A stretch of 64,000 bases of DNA, taken from positions 83,700,001 to 83,764,000 of the forward strand of contig OX597814.1 in the NCBI GenBank assembly GCA_951406725.2, given 5' to 3'. Origin of the DNA: Octopus vulgaris (lineage: Eukaryota). Shown piece by piece: positions 37,035 to 50,020 of the stretch (its first letter is position 1; every line of letters starts with the position of its first letter). Below the pieces are notes generated by a model. That model was not told the origin of the DNA, searched no databases, and was given only the letters and a program-made list of their open reading frames with translations. Made by a program: the position numbers and the translations under genes.

Positions 37035-37492
37035 TTAACTGCTCTCTGTCAGTTTCCATTTATATATTTTGAGGATTCACTTCAGAAATCAAGTTATATC
37101 ACTGAGCGCACATATGTTTGAGTGTGTGTCAGTGTTTCTGCATGCATTTTTAGCATTTAATATGTATTGTATGTGAAGTATATATTTTTGAGAACCATGT
37201 GCAAAAAAGAAGTGAAATTATGGTTTTTTTTTTTCATTGTATTCTAGTAAAGGTGGATGTTGTTGCATACCCTGATGAAGCTCACCAAAAATCAAAGGCT
37301 TTCCAATTGTACCACCTCATCTAAGACTACATCATCTAATGTTTCTTCTCTATTTTTTAAAGTAGTAGAGTGTGATACAAGGGATTATTTCTTAACACTT
37401 TTATTAACCTTGTAGAGAACCCTTGTTGACTCATCAAGGTGGTAGAATCGTGTGTCTTACAAATTACCTTGCAATATTTATGTACATCTATC

Positions 37493-37835
37493 TGCACAAG
37501 GCCAGCAATTTTAGGGGAGTGGGATTAATTGATCACATCAACCCCATTACTTGACTAGTACTTTATCAACACTGAAAGGATGAAAGGAAAAGTTGACTGC
37601 TAGTTGAACTCAATGGGATTTGACTCTGAATGTAAAGAGTTGAAAGAAAAACTGCTATGCGTTTTGTCCAATAAACTAACAATTCTACCAGCTCACTACC
37701 AATAATAATAATAATAATCCTTTCTACTGTAGGCACAAGGCCTGGAATTTGTGGGGAGAGACATAGTTGATTATATTGACTCCAGTACTTAACTGGTTCT
37801 TAATTTAACAACCCCAAAAGGATGAAAGGCAAAGT
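37493..37835 (-). mobile_element. SINE family B dimer
   Basis: Two units separated by (AAT)n at ~37700-37718. Confidence 0.8.
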
Positions 37836-39339
37836 TGTATGTTATTCTTATGTTCAAATGTGTGATTGGTTATTATTGTGTGCTGTATATTGTGGTAATA
37901 TGTGTGAATGTCTTTGTAATGTGTGCATGTGTATGTACATATATACATATACATGCATGTGCTTGCTATAAAAAACATGTCATATTGTCTGTCTCATTCA
38001 ATATTCTGGCACAGGTCATATAACAATAATTATGTTTCATATATATAATATCTCTCATGCTATTATAATGTATTTATGTTATTACTATGTTGTTCTAACA
38101 TTATTGTAATATTTATATAATATAGAGACAGGCAGACTGGTTAAAGAGATGGTATTGTGTTAGAGAGAGGCTGCCAATGAACTCATTTAAGTGAATAGGA
38201 ACAGATGTAAAAGTGATGATTCAAGCAATTTGTTATATAATATCTCCTCTTCCTTCCCCCACATTTCCTCTTTCCTTCTTGCCTCCCTTTCTCCATCATT
38301 GCCTCTCTTCTTTCCACCTTCCTCCTTTACTTCTCATTTAGTATTTTGATATATAATTTTACTTGACACAACAAACGTTTATGTCTTCATATCAGGCATA
38401 TTTCTAAACAATTCAGTCTAACTGTGGTGGGGTGATATCACACCACCAAGTAAAGGCAAACTTCTGAAGAATTGAGGCTATGACCTGATTTTGTTACCCA
38501 ATTTTCCCTTTTTATTATTAATCAGTCTTGAAGAGAGAAAACATAACATCAATAGCTATTTTTTTTTTCTTTGGGTTTTCCTCTGTTGGAGGATTACATT
38601 GGCTGAATGAGAGTGATATAAAGTTTATATCTGAGTTTAATTTCTAGATATATATTAAATTTATGTGGATGGAGGGAATAGGAAGTAGGAGATTTATGCT
38701 TTTCCAAAAGAGTATTAGTTATGTTTATTGGAAAAGAATCAGGACTAGTTTATAGATTTACTTTCCTAGGAGCTTGATGCTACACTAAGCATGAATGTTA
38801 TTTACTTCTTATTAAATCCTTTTCTCCGATTTCTAATGGCATGAGGTTTGGAGAGGTTTGTAATGTAAAATAGTTCTGTTGATATAAGTATCTAAAATAC
38901 TTGCAAATATGTCAAATTAATGAATCTACTCTGTGAATATATGTTTAATGGTTCAATCTTGATTTATTGGTGACATTTGGTGGTGTTATATCTGTGTCAT
39001 CTATATGAGTTTCAGATTTTACACTAGTATAAGTTTCATTAGCTTCTCCAATTCAAACTAAAGCAGATGTGGTACTGATAAAGATTGGAGTGGTTAAGGT
39101 TATATCATGCCTGATTAAACATAGTATAGTATTTACTACGTTCTTCATTGGTTGATAAAATAATTACCAATTGTTGCATCACTCTAGGTTAGCTCTGCTC
39201 AAGCAAACCTATGATCAAAGGGAAAGTATTTTTTGCATTACATGATCCAATTTTCATCTTCACCTTTTTTTTTAAAGAAGATTGAATGTGATATGTGTAA
39301 GGCTGAGCTACTATTTCTAGTTTACCAAGTAACTCATGA

Positions 39340-40660
39340 CCAGTAATATGCTGATTTTTTTCATTTTGTTGTAACTCAAATCTGTTTCTAACTACTATAG
39401 TGTGTTGATTGCAGATTTCTCTGTTGTTGGTGAAAACTGACTGGTCATATGTGGGTCTAGAGGCTGATTTAGTTTTGTTAGCTCTAAAGCTAAGGCAAAA
39501 TTTTGATGTGACAATTTTGTGGTTGCTGCCCACTCCTGCAAAAGTATTGTAAGACTGTTTAAGGTACTATTCACCCATTTCTTGTTGATTAGTATGTAGT
39601 CTAGTTGGGCATTCGAGCCATTGGCATAGGTAGAAGTATATAGTTTGGGGGTTTTATTTTGGAATTTGGCATTCAGATATACTGATTTTCAAGAATAAAT
39701 TCAATTAGATATTGGCCATTTCTGTTTGTGGTTGTGCATACAATAATTTTGTAACATCCTACACAAAAGTTGTAAAGGAGATCATAACCATAAAGCTGGG
39801 AACTAATAAATGTCTCCCCTAGGATGACCGAGAGATAATACACTAGAGAAAACACCTCAATGAAGTGGCTCAAGCTAAAATTATACATTCAAGGCCCTCA
39901 GATGAAGCCATTTTCAGAAAGATCTAGTAGGCTACAATCTAAAGCTACATTTAAAGAAAAATAAATCAAATTTAACACTCTGCTGCAAACAAGCAGACAT
40001 CACTAGCCTAACAGACAGCAAATGAAATGAGCAGATGCAAAAACTCCAAGTCAAAAATTAATGCTAAAAATCACAGGAATGCTTAGAGAAGTGGAAGGAT
40101 CATTTTCAAAATTTGCTTGAGAATATACCATCCATCTGATTTTGATGTAACATCAATAATTGACGATACCCTTGATATCAAAACTGGTAATTTCACTATT
40201 AACGATTTGAAAGAAGTTCTAAAAACACCAAAAACTGAAATGTTGCTGAACTGGAGTAACGTTCAACCTGAAATCTGAAAAAATGGAGAATTCAATGATA
40301 TTCTGTTAGGCTTCTGCTATACAGCCTACATTGACAAGTGGACAGAATGCTGCATACTTCCATTTCCAAAGAAAGGTGAGTTGGATCTCACAATGAATTA
40401 CAGAGGCATCACTCTTGCAGCCATTGCTGCAAAAATTTATAATTCACTCCTAGTCAACAGGATACACCATGAAATTGAGTAAGTTTTGAGAAGAAATCAA
40501 AATGGCATTAGAGAAAATAGATCAGTTGTCAGACATATACTTACAGATCATCATCTATTTGAAGGAATAAAAGCCATAAACCTTGAAACAGTATTACGGT
40601 TTGATTTCTCAAAGGCTCTCCACTCACTATGGTAAAATGGTAAAAATACTATTGGTCTAT
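39340..40660. mobile_element. Proto2/RTE-X-like LINE remnant with inverted 5' (endonuclease) part
   Basis: Minus 39765->39340: TNRNGQYLIEFILEN..GSNHKIVTSKFCLSFR..VRNRFEL. Plus 39780->40660: ILPFPKKGELDLTMNYRGITLAAIAAKIYNSLLVNRI..LRRNQNG..FDFSKA. Confidence 0.8.
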
Positions 40661-40689
40661 TTTCTTTTGTGATCACTACAAAGTATCTT

Positions 40690-41360
40690 GCAGTCCTCAC
40701 GCTCTTTCACCTCCTAAACTATGACCAAACAAATCTCTAACAACTTTACAGCATCCTTGTTTTTTTCTTACTTCTCAACTAAAATACTTCTTGTTTGCTG
40801 TATTTCCATGGAGAAAGCCTCCACTTTGCAGCAAATGTCACATTGCACACTGGAGATATATCCTCTCCTAAAAATATCTCCTGTTACTCCAGTGTGTGCA
40901 AATACATGCCAAGTGTAAAAGTATCTTTAGTGATTTCAAACTAAGTAACTAGAGATACTTTCAATAGGCTCTATGTTTACAAATGCCTCTCCCTGCCTGT
41001 CTGTCTGAAGATATGTCCAAATCTTTGGAAGCATGCTATGGTATGTCCATTTCCTAAGAAGGACAACCTATCTTATACTACCAACTACTGTCCTATTGTA
41101 CTCACTTCCATTCTCAAATATGATAGAGCAACCTTCACTTTGAATCTGTTGCATGGCTCTTATAAAACTACATCTATTGCTGACCCACTCCCTTATGTCA
41201 GTGAGTTGATACCCTCAGAAGTTTGGTAAAAAAAATAGTGTTGTTGCTCTTGATATCAGCAAACTTTATACTGTCTGGCATGCAGATCTCCCATCAAAAC
41301 TCTTTGCCTATGGACACTATCCATTTCCCATCTCTTGGAACAATAGCTTCCTGTTAAGGA
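40690..41360 (+). mobile_element. CR1-Zenon-like LINE RT fragment
   Basis: VCPFPKKDNLSYTTNYCPIVLTS and VVALDISK..VWHADLPSKLFAYG. Confidence 0.7.
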
Positions 41361-41842
41361 AACTATTCATTCAAGGACAATAATTTTGGTCCTTCACCTG
41401 CTAATTAGTTAGCAGACGGTTAATGGGGTTGTGACATCTGTCCATGCTTAAAGTAAATGTTGTGTTAAGAGTAAATGTTGAAATAATTCAATAAGTTGGA
41501 GCAGTCAGCTATCTTACTTCCAGCTTTAAGCATGCTGTGACATGCATCTCCTTGTAGTTGATCTGAAATTGATCAAAAGGTTTGACATTTATGTTACACA
41601 TGTCTGTTAATGTGTGTGGGATGGATGCAATGTATGTGTGCGTGTAACTAAGTATTCTGGCTTGTTCTAACTGTTACAGCTGTTGTATTGTTTGCTTAGA
41701 TAAGACTAATTTTCCTTCTTACCTAAATAACTATTACTCAAAAAAGATTACTGTTATTATTCATGGTTGAGTGAATGCAGTTAACACTATAATCCATTCC
41801 AACAAAATAAAAAATGTTTTAGAAAATCAAGAACAAATATTC

Positions 41843-42217
41843 TTCTTTTATTCCTTTACTTGTTTCAGTCGTTTGACTGTGACCATACTGGTACACCACC
41901 TTAAAGGGTTTTAGTTGAAGAAATTGACCCCAGGACTTATTCTTTATAAGCCTAGTACTTATTCTATCAAACTCTTTTACTGAACTGCTAAGTTACGGGA
42001 GACATAAACACACCAGCACTGGTTGTCAAGCAATAGTGGGGAGACAAACACACACACATACATGGCAGGCTTCTTTCAGTTTCCTTCTACCAAATCCACT
42101 CACAAGTCTTTGGTTGGCCTGAGGCTATAGTAGAAAACACTTTCCCAAGGTGCCATGCAATGTGACTGAATCCAGAACCATGTAGTTTGGAAGCAAGCTT
42201 CTTAATACACAGCCACA
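41843..42217 (-). mobile_element. SINE family A, full length
   Basis: Colinear with 4408-4840, with CpG sites decayed. Confidence 0.9.
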
Positions 42218-42241
42218 CTTGGGAAATATATTCACAGAAGA

Positions 42242-42410
42242 GGTACAGGCATGGCTGTGTGGTTAAGAAGTTCACCATGAGGTTTCAGGTTCAGTCCCAC
42301 AGTGCAGTCCCCTGTGCAAGTGTCTTCTAATGTAGGCCTGGGTTGACCAAAGCATTGTGAATATACTCAATAGAGAGAAACTTAAAGAAGCCTTGTGTGT
42401 GTGTGTGTGC
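42242..42410 (+). mobile_element. SINE family A 5' half, head-to-head with the previous copy
   Basis: ggcatggctgtgtggttaagaag..ggttcagtcccac..caagtgtcttcta. Confidence 0.85.
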
Positions 42411-42964
42411 ATACATTTGTACTCTATGAAAGTCATGAGCTATGAATATTATTATTACTTGTCAACAAACCATATGCTCATGAATCCAGCATCATAAAAC
42501 AGTGCCTCAAAAATATATTTGTATAATCCAATGTTGCATGGAAAAACAGATGTAAAATGAATTTAAGAACTGCAATCCAAACTTCATCATCATTAAAAAC
42601 TGGATTAAAGCCCCACTAAGCTATATACTATAATTACTTTGCTACACTACATCTGCTGCTCTGTTACCAGTCTCATGTGTAACTTCCAGTTTATAAATGC
42701 ACTTAACTTTTGACAGTTGCTTTTGCTGTTCACTTTAGGACTTTTTGAGAAGATTTTACAGTAAAATCTTCTCAAAAATCTATGTCAACAACATCTTGTT
42801 TATGAAGACTCGCCCTGCACCAGATGTGGACAACTTAGCAATGTTTACATTTAATCTAAACAAGAAGGAGCATTACTGACAGTCCTTTGAAAAATTGATT
42901 TAGACAACATATTGCAGAAGTGTGGTATCCTGACCTTTAAAACCTATACCTAAATATAGTGTGT

Positions 42965-43335
42965 GTGTGGCTGTATGATAAGAAGCTTGCTTCCCAACCA
43001 CATGGTTCCAGGTTCAGTCCCACTGCGTGGCACCTTGGGCAAGCGTCTTCTACTATAGCCTCAGGCTGATCAAAGCCTTGTGAATGGATTTGGTAGACAG
43101 AAACTGAGAGAAGCCTGTTACATATATATATATATATATATATTAGTGTGTGTGTGTGTCCCTGCCATTGCAACCAATGCTGGTGTGTTTATGTCCCCAT
43201 AACATTAGAAGTTCAGCAAAAGGGACTGATAGAATAAGTACTAGGCTTACAAAGAATAAGTCTTCGGGTTGATTTCTTCAACTGTAACCCTTTAAGGCAG
43301 TGCTCAAATGAATGAAACAAGTAAAAGAATACAAG
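42965..43335 (+). mobile_element. SINE family A, full length
   Basis: A and B boxes, internal (TA)(TG) tract, tail gaaacaagtaaaaga. Confidence 0.9.
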
Positions 43336-43589
43336 AATACACACTCACACAAGTAATTATAGTTGGTGAAGCATGTTCACTCCCCCTGGCTACCTGACAT
43401 TTTCCATGGTATGTATACAATTGTCAGTGAATCTACCTCAGGAATTCCTCATTATTCGTCAAGTATATAACAAATGATAGAGACAGAACATGGAACATGC
43501 AAGAAACTTTATAGCTCCCAACAATCATTTTGCCCCATTTGATCCCTTGTGGGTGGGATATTTTACAACTGATTGTGGTGTAGCCATCA

Positions 43590-44845
43590 GTGCAAAAGCA
43601 TCTCATAAGGTGATTTTACTAGGAGTATCTCGTTAAATAAACAATCCCTCAAGTAGACTAATTACCCTGTCAAAATCCAGCATAGGTAAAATTAGCAAGA
43701 ACGTCATCGATAGAGTAGTGCCCACCCTCAAATCATAAATTAGACTAACCCTGTGGTTGGTTAGCCGAGAGGTAATCAGCTGGTTTAAACCTGAAGTAAA
43801 CAAAGCCAATAAATTCCTACAATCAGATATAGAGCGCTACTACAATAAAATTAACCCAATCCTCTTTAATATAGCCCTGATTTATGCTATGAATATTTCA
43901 GATTTGTTTCAACAAGAAATAGACATTATACTGGCAGTGTGGGATACGTTGGTAGATTTTGATGGGAAACTCTGGAATAGGTCCTGTAGAACGGATGCCT
44001 TTGACATGTTGATGGAATCATCTGACTCTGCACAAATCACAGATTTGGTCAGTCAACACTCTATTGTTCCTTAACCAGAGTAGTAAGTAGAAAGGCATAG
44101 GAAACAATTCTTCAGACTATCCATCACCATAGAAAAAGATTACCATAGAGTTAACTTCCTGGACACTACATTCAGCCTAGATACTGGATTGTTCAAGCCT
44201 TTCCATAAGCTTAACAATAACCTAAAGTCTATTAACATGCAGTCTTATCACCTACCCTCTATTATACGGGGATTGATAAAAAAAACATTGCAATTAGAAT
44301 ATGTAGACTGTCCACTAATGAGGAAATTTTTAATTTGCATGCACTCTATTACAATGCTGCTTTAGCTAGAGCTGGTTATAGTGAGAAAATAGAATACATA
44401 GAAGACAATGATATACACAACACTGACAACCACACACCACCAGTAACAATACATGCTACATGAGAACACACGATTACATAAATGGAACCAGCATAGAATG
44501 TTCATACAGGCCCAAAATAATTAACCATAACACCAAAATGAATACAAAGACTCTTAGGGACACATACCACAATTTCACTACAATACACAGTATATAGCCA
44601 CATCTGCACTATGCACTAGAACCAATAACCTAAACAAAAAAATAAGCAACATAAAGTTCTCTGGTATAACCTGATCCACAGGTCACATGTTTCATCAAGT
44701 ATTGTAAAGGAGTTTTTTGCTACTTTAGATAGATGTTTCCCTAAATCAAGAAGGCATCATAGGATATTTAACAGATGCAATGTGAAGGCAACATATGCAA
44801 GCTCCTGTAACTTAGAGCAACACTTACACTGGATTAATAATAGTG
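43590..44845 (+). mobile_element. Penelope-like element, Naiad-type RT remnant
   Basis: RLITLSKSSIGKISKNVIDR, FLQSDIERYY, FDMLMESSDSAQITDLV, VNFLDTTFSL, RICRLSTNEEIF..YNAALARAGY and KVLWYN..FPK..HRIFNRCNVKATY match the Naiad RT pattern as I recall it. Confidence 0.8.
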
Positions 44846-44989
44846 CACCTTTGATGCAAGTCTAATGAAGTGCCATTTTCACTTCAAGTTTTGCGTAAAC
44901 TGGCATTACAAGCAGAGATGGTACAGAAACAATTGTAATGAATCATTAAGGATGTTAAAAGAATTTCTTTGTCTTCTTATTATTTGTAT

Positions 44990-46070
44990 CCATCATCATC
45001 ATTTAACATCTGTTGTCCATACTGGCATGGGGTGGATGGTTTGATCAGGGCTGGTAAGCTGAGGGGCTGCATCAGACACCAGTCTGATTTGGCATGGTTT
45101 CTATGGTTGGATGCCCTTCCTAAGGCCAACCACTACAAGAGGGTAATGAGTGCTCTTACGTGCCACCAGTATGGGTTCTGGTTATGTGACACCAGCATCA
45201 GCCACATTGCCTCCGTGAAGCCCAATGCTTGAATGGTGCTTTTTACATGCACCACCACAGGTGCCAGTTGCATGACATTGGCATTGGCCACATTGCCTCC
45301 ATGAGACCCAACACTCAAATGGTGCTTCTTACATGCTACTGGCACAGGTGCCAGTTATGTGATACCAGCATTCGCCACATTACCTTTGTAATGCCCAATG
45401 CTTGAGTGGTACATTTTATGTGCCAGTTACATAGTGCCAGCATCAGCCACGGCTATGATTTCATTTGGCTTGACAGGTACTCTCAAGCACAGCATATTGC
45501 CAATGGTCTCAGTCATTAGTCATTGCCTCCGTGAGGCCCAATGTTTGAAGACATGCTTCACCACCTTGTCTCATGTCTTCTTGGGTCTACCTTTACCATA
45601 GGTTCCCTCCACAGTTAGAGATATGCACTTCTTTACACGGTTGTCCTTGTCCATACACATCACATGGCCATTCCAGCACAGTCGTCTCTCTTGCACACCA
45701 CACCTGATGCCTCTTATGCCTAACTTTTCTCTCAAGACACATTGTTGAACATGCATGCTGACATTGCACATCTAGTGAAGCATACTAGCTTCATTTCTTT
45801 CAAGCCAATGCATGTCCTCAGTGGTCTCGGCTCATGTTTCAATGCTGTGTAGCATAGCTGTTCGCACACAGGCATCATGTAGTCTGCTCTCACTTTGAGT
45901 GAGAGGCCCTTTGTTGCCAACAAGGGTAGGAACTCTCTGAACTTAGCCCAGCTTATTCTTATTCTCACAGCTATGCTCTTGGATCATCCACCTCTGCTAC
46001 TGACTTGGTCACCTAAATAATGGAAGCTATCAACTACCTCTGCCCTATCCCTGCAGTTGATGGAGTCTAT
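44990..46070 (-). mobile_element. RTE-clade LINE 3' fragment
   Basis: RIRISWAKFREFLPLLATKGLS and LREKLGIRGIRCGVQERRLCWNGHV..GKGRPKKT; (GAT)n tail. Confidence 0.92.
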
Positions 46071-46072
46071 AG

Positions 46073-46820
46073 AGGGATAGTGTGGGAGGTTGGTTGGGGG
46101 TGGGGAAGGAAGAGCAATGTGGAATCAAAAGGATGTTTTTGTTTCTGGGCTAGTCTGTCATGGTTTAGTGGTTTTGGGGGCTGGTCTTAGAGGTCAGAAT
46201 GGTGTGAGTGTGTGTCTGTGCACGTCTGTATGTGTGTGTATGTGTATACATGTGCTTGTGTTTGTGTGTGTGGCCTATTTTTGATTGGTCCCAGAGTTTA
46301 TTGTGGTGTGGTGTATATGGGTCTGTGTGTGTTTTATATTTGGTAGGGTGGTGTGTGTATATGTGTGCTCGTTTGTGTGTATGTGATTAGTATTTGTCAG
46401 AGTGTTGTGTGTATGTTTGTGTGTTTTGTGTTGGTGGAGATGTTATGTGAGTGTATGTGAGTATTTGTGTATGTCTCTGAGTATGTTTGTGTTGTTATAA
46501 TTGTTATAATTGTTCTGGTAGTGGTGTGTGTGTGAGGGTGTGCATGTATGTGTGTGTGGGTATGTGTGGATGTGTGAATGTGTTGTATTTATCAGGGGTT
46601 CTGTGGGTGTCTGTGTATGTTGGGTTTATCCAGGTGGTGTGTATGTTCTGTGCATATTAGTACTGAGTATGTGTTTGTGTGTGCATATATGTGGGTATGG
46701 TTTATGTAGTTTCCGGGGTGTGTGTGCACACATGACAAACTAGCCCAGAAACAAAAACATCCTTTTGATTCCACATTGCTCTTCCTTCCCCACTCCCCAA
46801 CCAACCTCCCATACTGTCCC
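46073..46820. mobile_element. Fold-back DNA element with 90-bp TIRs around a GT-rich core (Kolobok-like end)
   Basis: 46073-46162 is the reverse complement of 46731-46820 with few mismatches. Right end CCC|TTAA; left end abuts the RTE. Confidence 0.7.
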
Positions 46821-46926
46821 TTAAAATAGCAAACATTCCTTAGCTACACACAATACAGAAAATGTCAAAAAGACAGGTCAATTATTCCTCTCCAATTTTT
46901 TGTAAATTCTTAAATATTTCTCCTTC

Positions 46927-46975
<49 letters not shown>

Positions 46976-47200
46976 TACCAAACAAACATGATTTTTATTG
47001 AACTCATAATGCTTTTTGTAGTCCCGTTCTGAGTACTTGCTTGTAAACTATTTTTAATATTTTTGTGATAACCAGTACTTAACACAACAAAGCTTTACAT
47101 TTTACTTTTGACAATCTTTTTTTAAAAAAGCGAAACCGGTCAAGTCAATAAAGATCTTTAAAATTACATTTTCAAACCTTCTTTCATATATCTATATATA

Positions 47201-47243
<43 letters not shown>

Positions 47244-47859
47244 CTGCCCTCTGAAGGGAGACACTGGCCTTTTCCAGCATGTACCAAATTGCATTTCAAA
47301 AATAAATGAAGGGTCTCAGGGTAATAATTTGTATAGGATTAACATACCACTTACAAATTAAATATAAATAACCTGCCTAAGGGTATGCCATATGTGTAAT
47401 ATAATGACACAGACAATAATGTGTGTGTAGGGGTGTATATAACTGTAATAAGCTCCATTACTTCATATTGCTATAAGTATTATTTTACATTCATTCTATT
47501 CATTCCCTGCCTATTCTCAGAAAAGAAACCATAACTTAGGTTCCACTCCAACATTTTACCTTTGTTTCACATATTCCACATCAGAATTTATGAGGTCAGC
47601 TGTTATTTTCCTATCTCACTTCAGCATATTTGTACAACTTTTCTTTTGGAAATACCCATTTTCCCTAAACATAAGAAGAAACAAATTTGGTGAGGCACTC
47701 TTCTGTAGGTATGCCATATGTGTAAAATAACAACACACATAATATATGTGTGTGTTTGTGCCTGAATAATTGTAATAACCTCTGTTATTTTATATTGCTG
47801 TAAGAAAAAGAAGAGCTGATGTTGAGGGTCATCCAAGTATAAAATTATTTGACTCGACA

Positions 47860-48755
47860 ATCAGAAGAGTTTACTCTGTGCATCTGAGCCACTATGAATA
47901 TTTCTTTTTGAAGTTGCTTCTTCATGAAATAAGAGAACCAACTTCCTTCTTCCTAAGAACGATTGATGGTCAAACTGTTCGTACTTATAGAGAAGCCTGT
48001 TTAGCCTTAAATTTGTTAGAAGATGACACTCAGTGGGATAGAACAATGGCTGAGGCTTCAGTGTCATGCACACCTATTTCTTTGAGGGATCTTTTTGCAA
48101 TTCTTCTCCTGAATTATGAAGTAATCCATTAGAATTGTAGCACAAATATGAAAATGATTTATTAGAAGACTACTAATATCTAGCACAATTAAGATTCCCT
48201 GAGAGGGAAATAGTATTCAACAATGACATATCATTCTGCATTGGTTGATATTGAAGATCACGTTAATAGGAGGGGGGGAGCTCTGCAAGTTTGGCTTATC
48301 TGAAACTCAGGTGAAATGAGGTGAATAATTTGATCACAGAAATTTTGCGAGAATCTCCATATGATATTGATTCATTAACAAGATTCCTTGAAGAAAATGT
48401 CCCGAAACTTTTGCCAGATCAACAACTTGCATATAAAACAATCATTGACTGAGTGACACATAAGAGAAGAGGATTATATTTTTTAGATGTACCAGGAGGA
48501 ACTGGAAAAACTTTTGTTGCAAATTTAGTACTAGCCAAAGTCTAGCAGAAAAAGGAAATAGCTTTAGCTGTAGTGAGCTCTGGAATTGCTGCAACTTTAC
48601 TTGCAGGAGGTCACACAGCTCATGCAGCATTCAGTCTAACTTCAAATGATGAACCAGTCTGCAATATTAGTAAAAGTTTTTCTTTAGCTCAAGTTCTCAT
48701 GAAATGTTCTTTGATCATATGGGACGAAGCTACAATGCCCCATAAAAAATCTGTC
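47860..48755 (+). mobile_element. Helitron RepHel fragment: connector plus PIF1 helicase motifs, pseudogenised
   Basis: FLKLLLHEIREPTSFFLRTIDG..TYREACLALNLLEDD; FLDVPGGTGKTF (Walker A); VVSSGIAATLLAGGHTAHAAF; LIIWDEATM. Contains stops and frameshifts. Confidence 0.92.
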
Positions 48756-49074
48756 TCTTTCCCTCTCTTCTGCCAGATGCTCAGCCCTTGCTTTATCAGT
48801 CTCCTCGACCCTTCTATTCATATGCCTGTCTCTATTTTGGGTAAATATTTGGTAATGGACACATTCCTACTTTGCTGTGAAATGATTTTTTCCATGGGTT
48901 TTTTTGAGTGCATTCAATGTGTCTCACCTCCAAACCCACTGCAAGCCACTTTCTTCCAGAAAAGAAAGCAGCGAGGGGTAGTGGGGACCTCGGAGTTTTC
49001 CGGGAAACTCTGAGTTTCCCAGCAATGGAGTTTTGTTTCGTAGGTTTTTTCTTTCTTTTCCAGGTTATCTCATG

Positions 49075-50020
49075 GCTTTGTGAAGCCATGTTCACTCAGC
49101 ATCTTCCAGAGTCTGCTGCCAATGATCATCTGATTGAAACAAACCTTTCTCTCTGCAGACATCTTTGAATAATGGTAATAGTTGTCCATCACACATTTTC
49201 AAAGAGTTGAATGATACTGGCCCTTTGACATGATGCAGGAGTCTTAAGTAATATAGTTCATGACTTCATGTAGAAACAGTATATACTCATCTCAAAACAT
49301 TCACCTCAAAAATCCCTGGATACTTGTCAACTTTTTTGCACACTTTCCTCCTTTCCCATGTCTTGTTACTCCAAGTGTAAAACCTCAGCACATCAGCATA
49401 AAACAAAGTTTTTGCAAATGGATCGCGAGCACAAAGATTCACGAACTCGGTGAGAGTTGTCCTACGCATGTTATTGTTTACTGTAACAGCAGCATTGTCC
49501 TGAAAGAAGATTTGATTTTTCTCAGGTAGATAAACTTGAAGGCGAACTACAGCTGATTCCCTCTCATGAATTGGAAATCCGAGTACTAAGGCAACAGCTT
49601 CTGAAGGACCAATGTATCTTTCTGTTAAATACTGTGTTATCTCATCTTCCCTGGTCACTCCAAACATTGCCTGATCACTGCCCTTCACGTATATCTGATA
49701 ACATATTTGATTGATTTGACGGAAGAGCATATCTCTACATTTAGGTGGCAGTTGAACACTTTTAATAGTTTTATATTGTAGGGAACCACCCATTGTTACG
49801 CTCTCCTGCTTCTGTCACTTTCTTTCTGTTCTGCCAGACACTCAACTCTCTTAGCGTCCGACTCATGCTGTCTTCTGCTTCTGTCACTTTCCCTCTGTTC
49901 TACCAGATGCTTAGCTGTCTGAGCATCCAATTCATTATGTACCCTGCTTAGCTGTGCTTTCTTCGTACTATCTATAGACCAACCAGATGTTTTCTTTCTT
50001 CCTTGTCGAGCTATGACATA
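49075..50020 (-). mobile_element. Helitron RepHel fragment of a second family: N-terminal charged repeats fused to Rep motif III and connector
   Basis: RRQHESDAKRVECLAEQKESDRSRR repeats; WVVPYNIKLLKVFNCHLNVEICSSVKSIKYV; DEITQYLTERYIGPSEA..FPIHERE; LYYLRLLHHVKGPVSF. Confidence 0.9.

Noticed and set aside
42965-43040. tRNA genes at SINE heads
   Set aside because: Only A/B boxes remain, with no cloverleaf; each continues into a SINE body.
43590-44845. Selenocysteine-recoding Naiad element
   Set aside because: Some Naiads are selenoproteins, but this copy has mixed stop types and deletions, and no 3' end or SECIS is visible.
47860-48755. Host PIF1 helicase gene
   Set aside because: Stops and frameshifts, no splice structure, and a Helitron-specific upstream connector.
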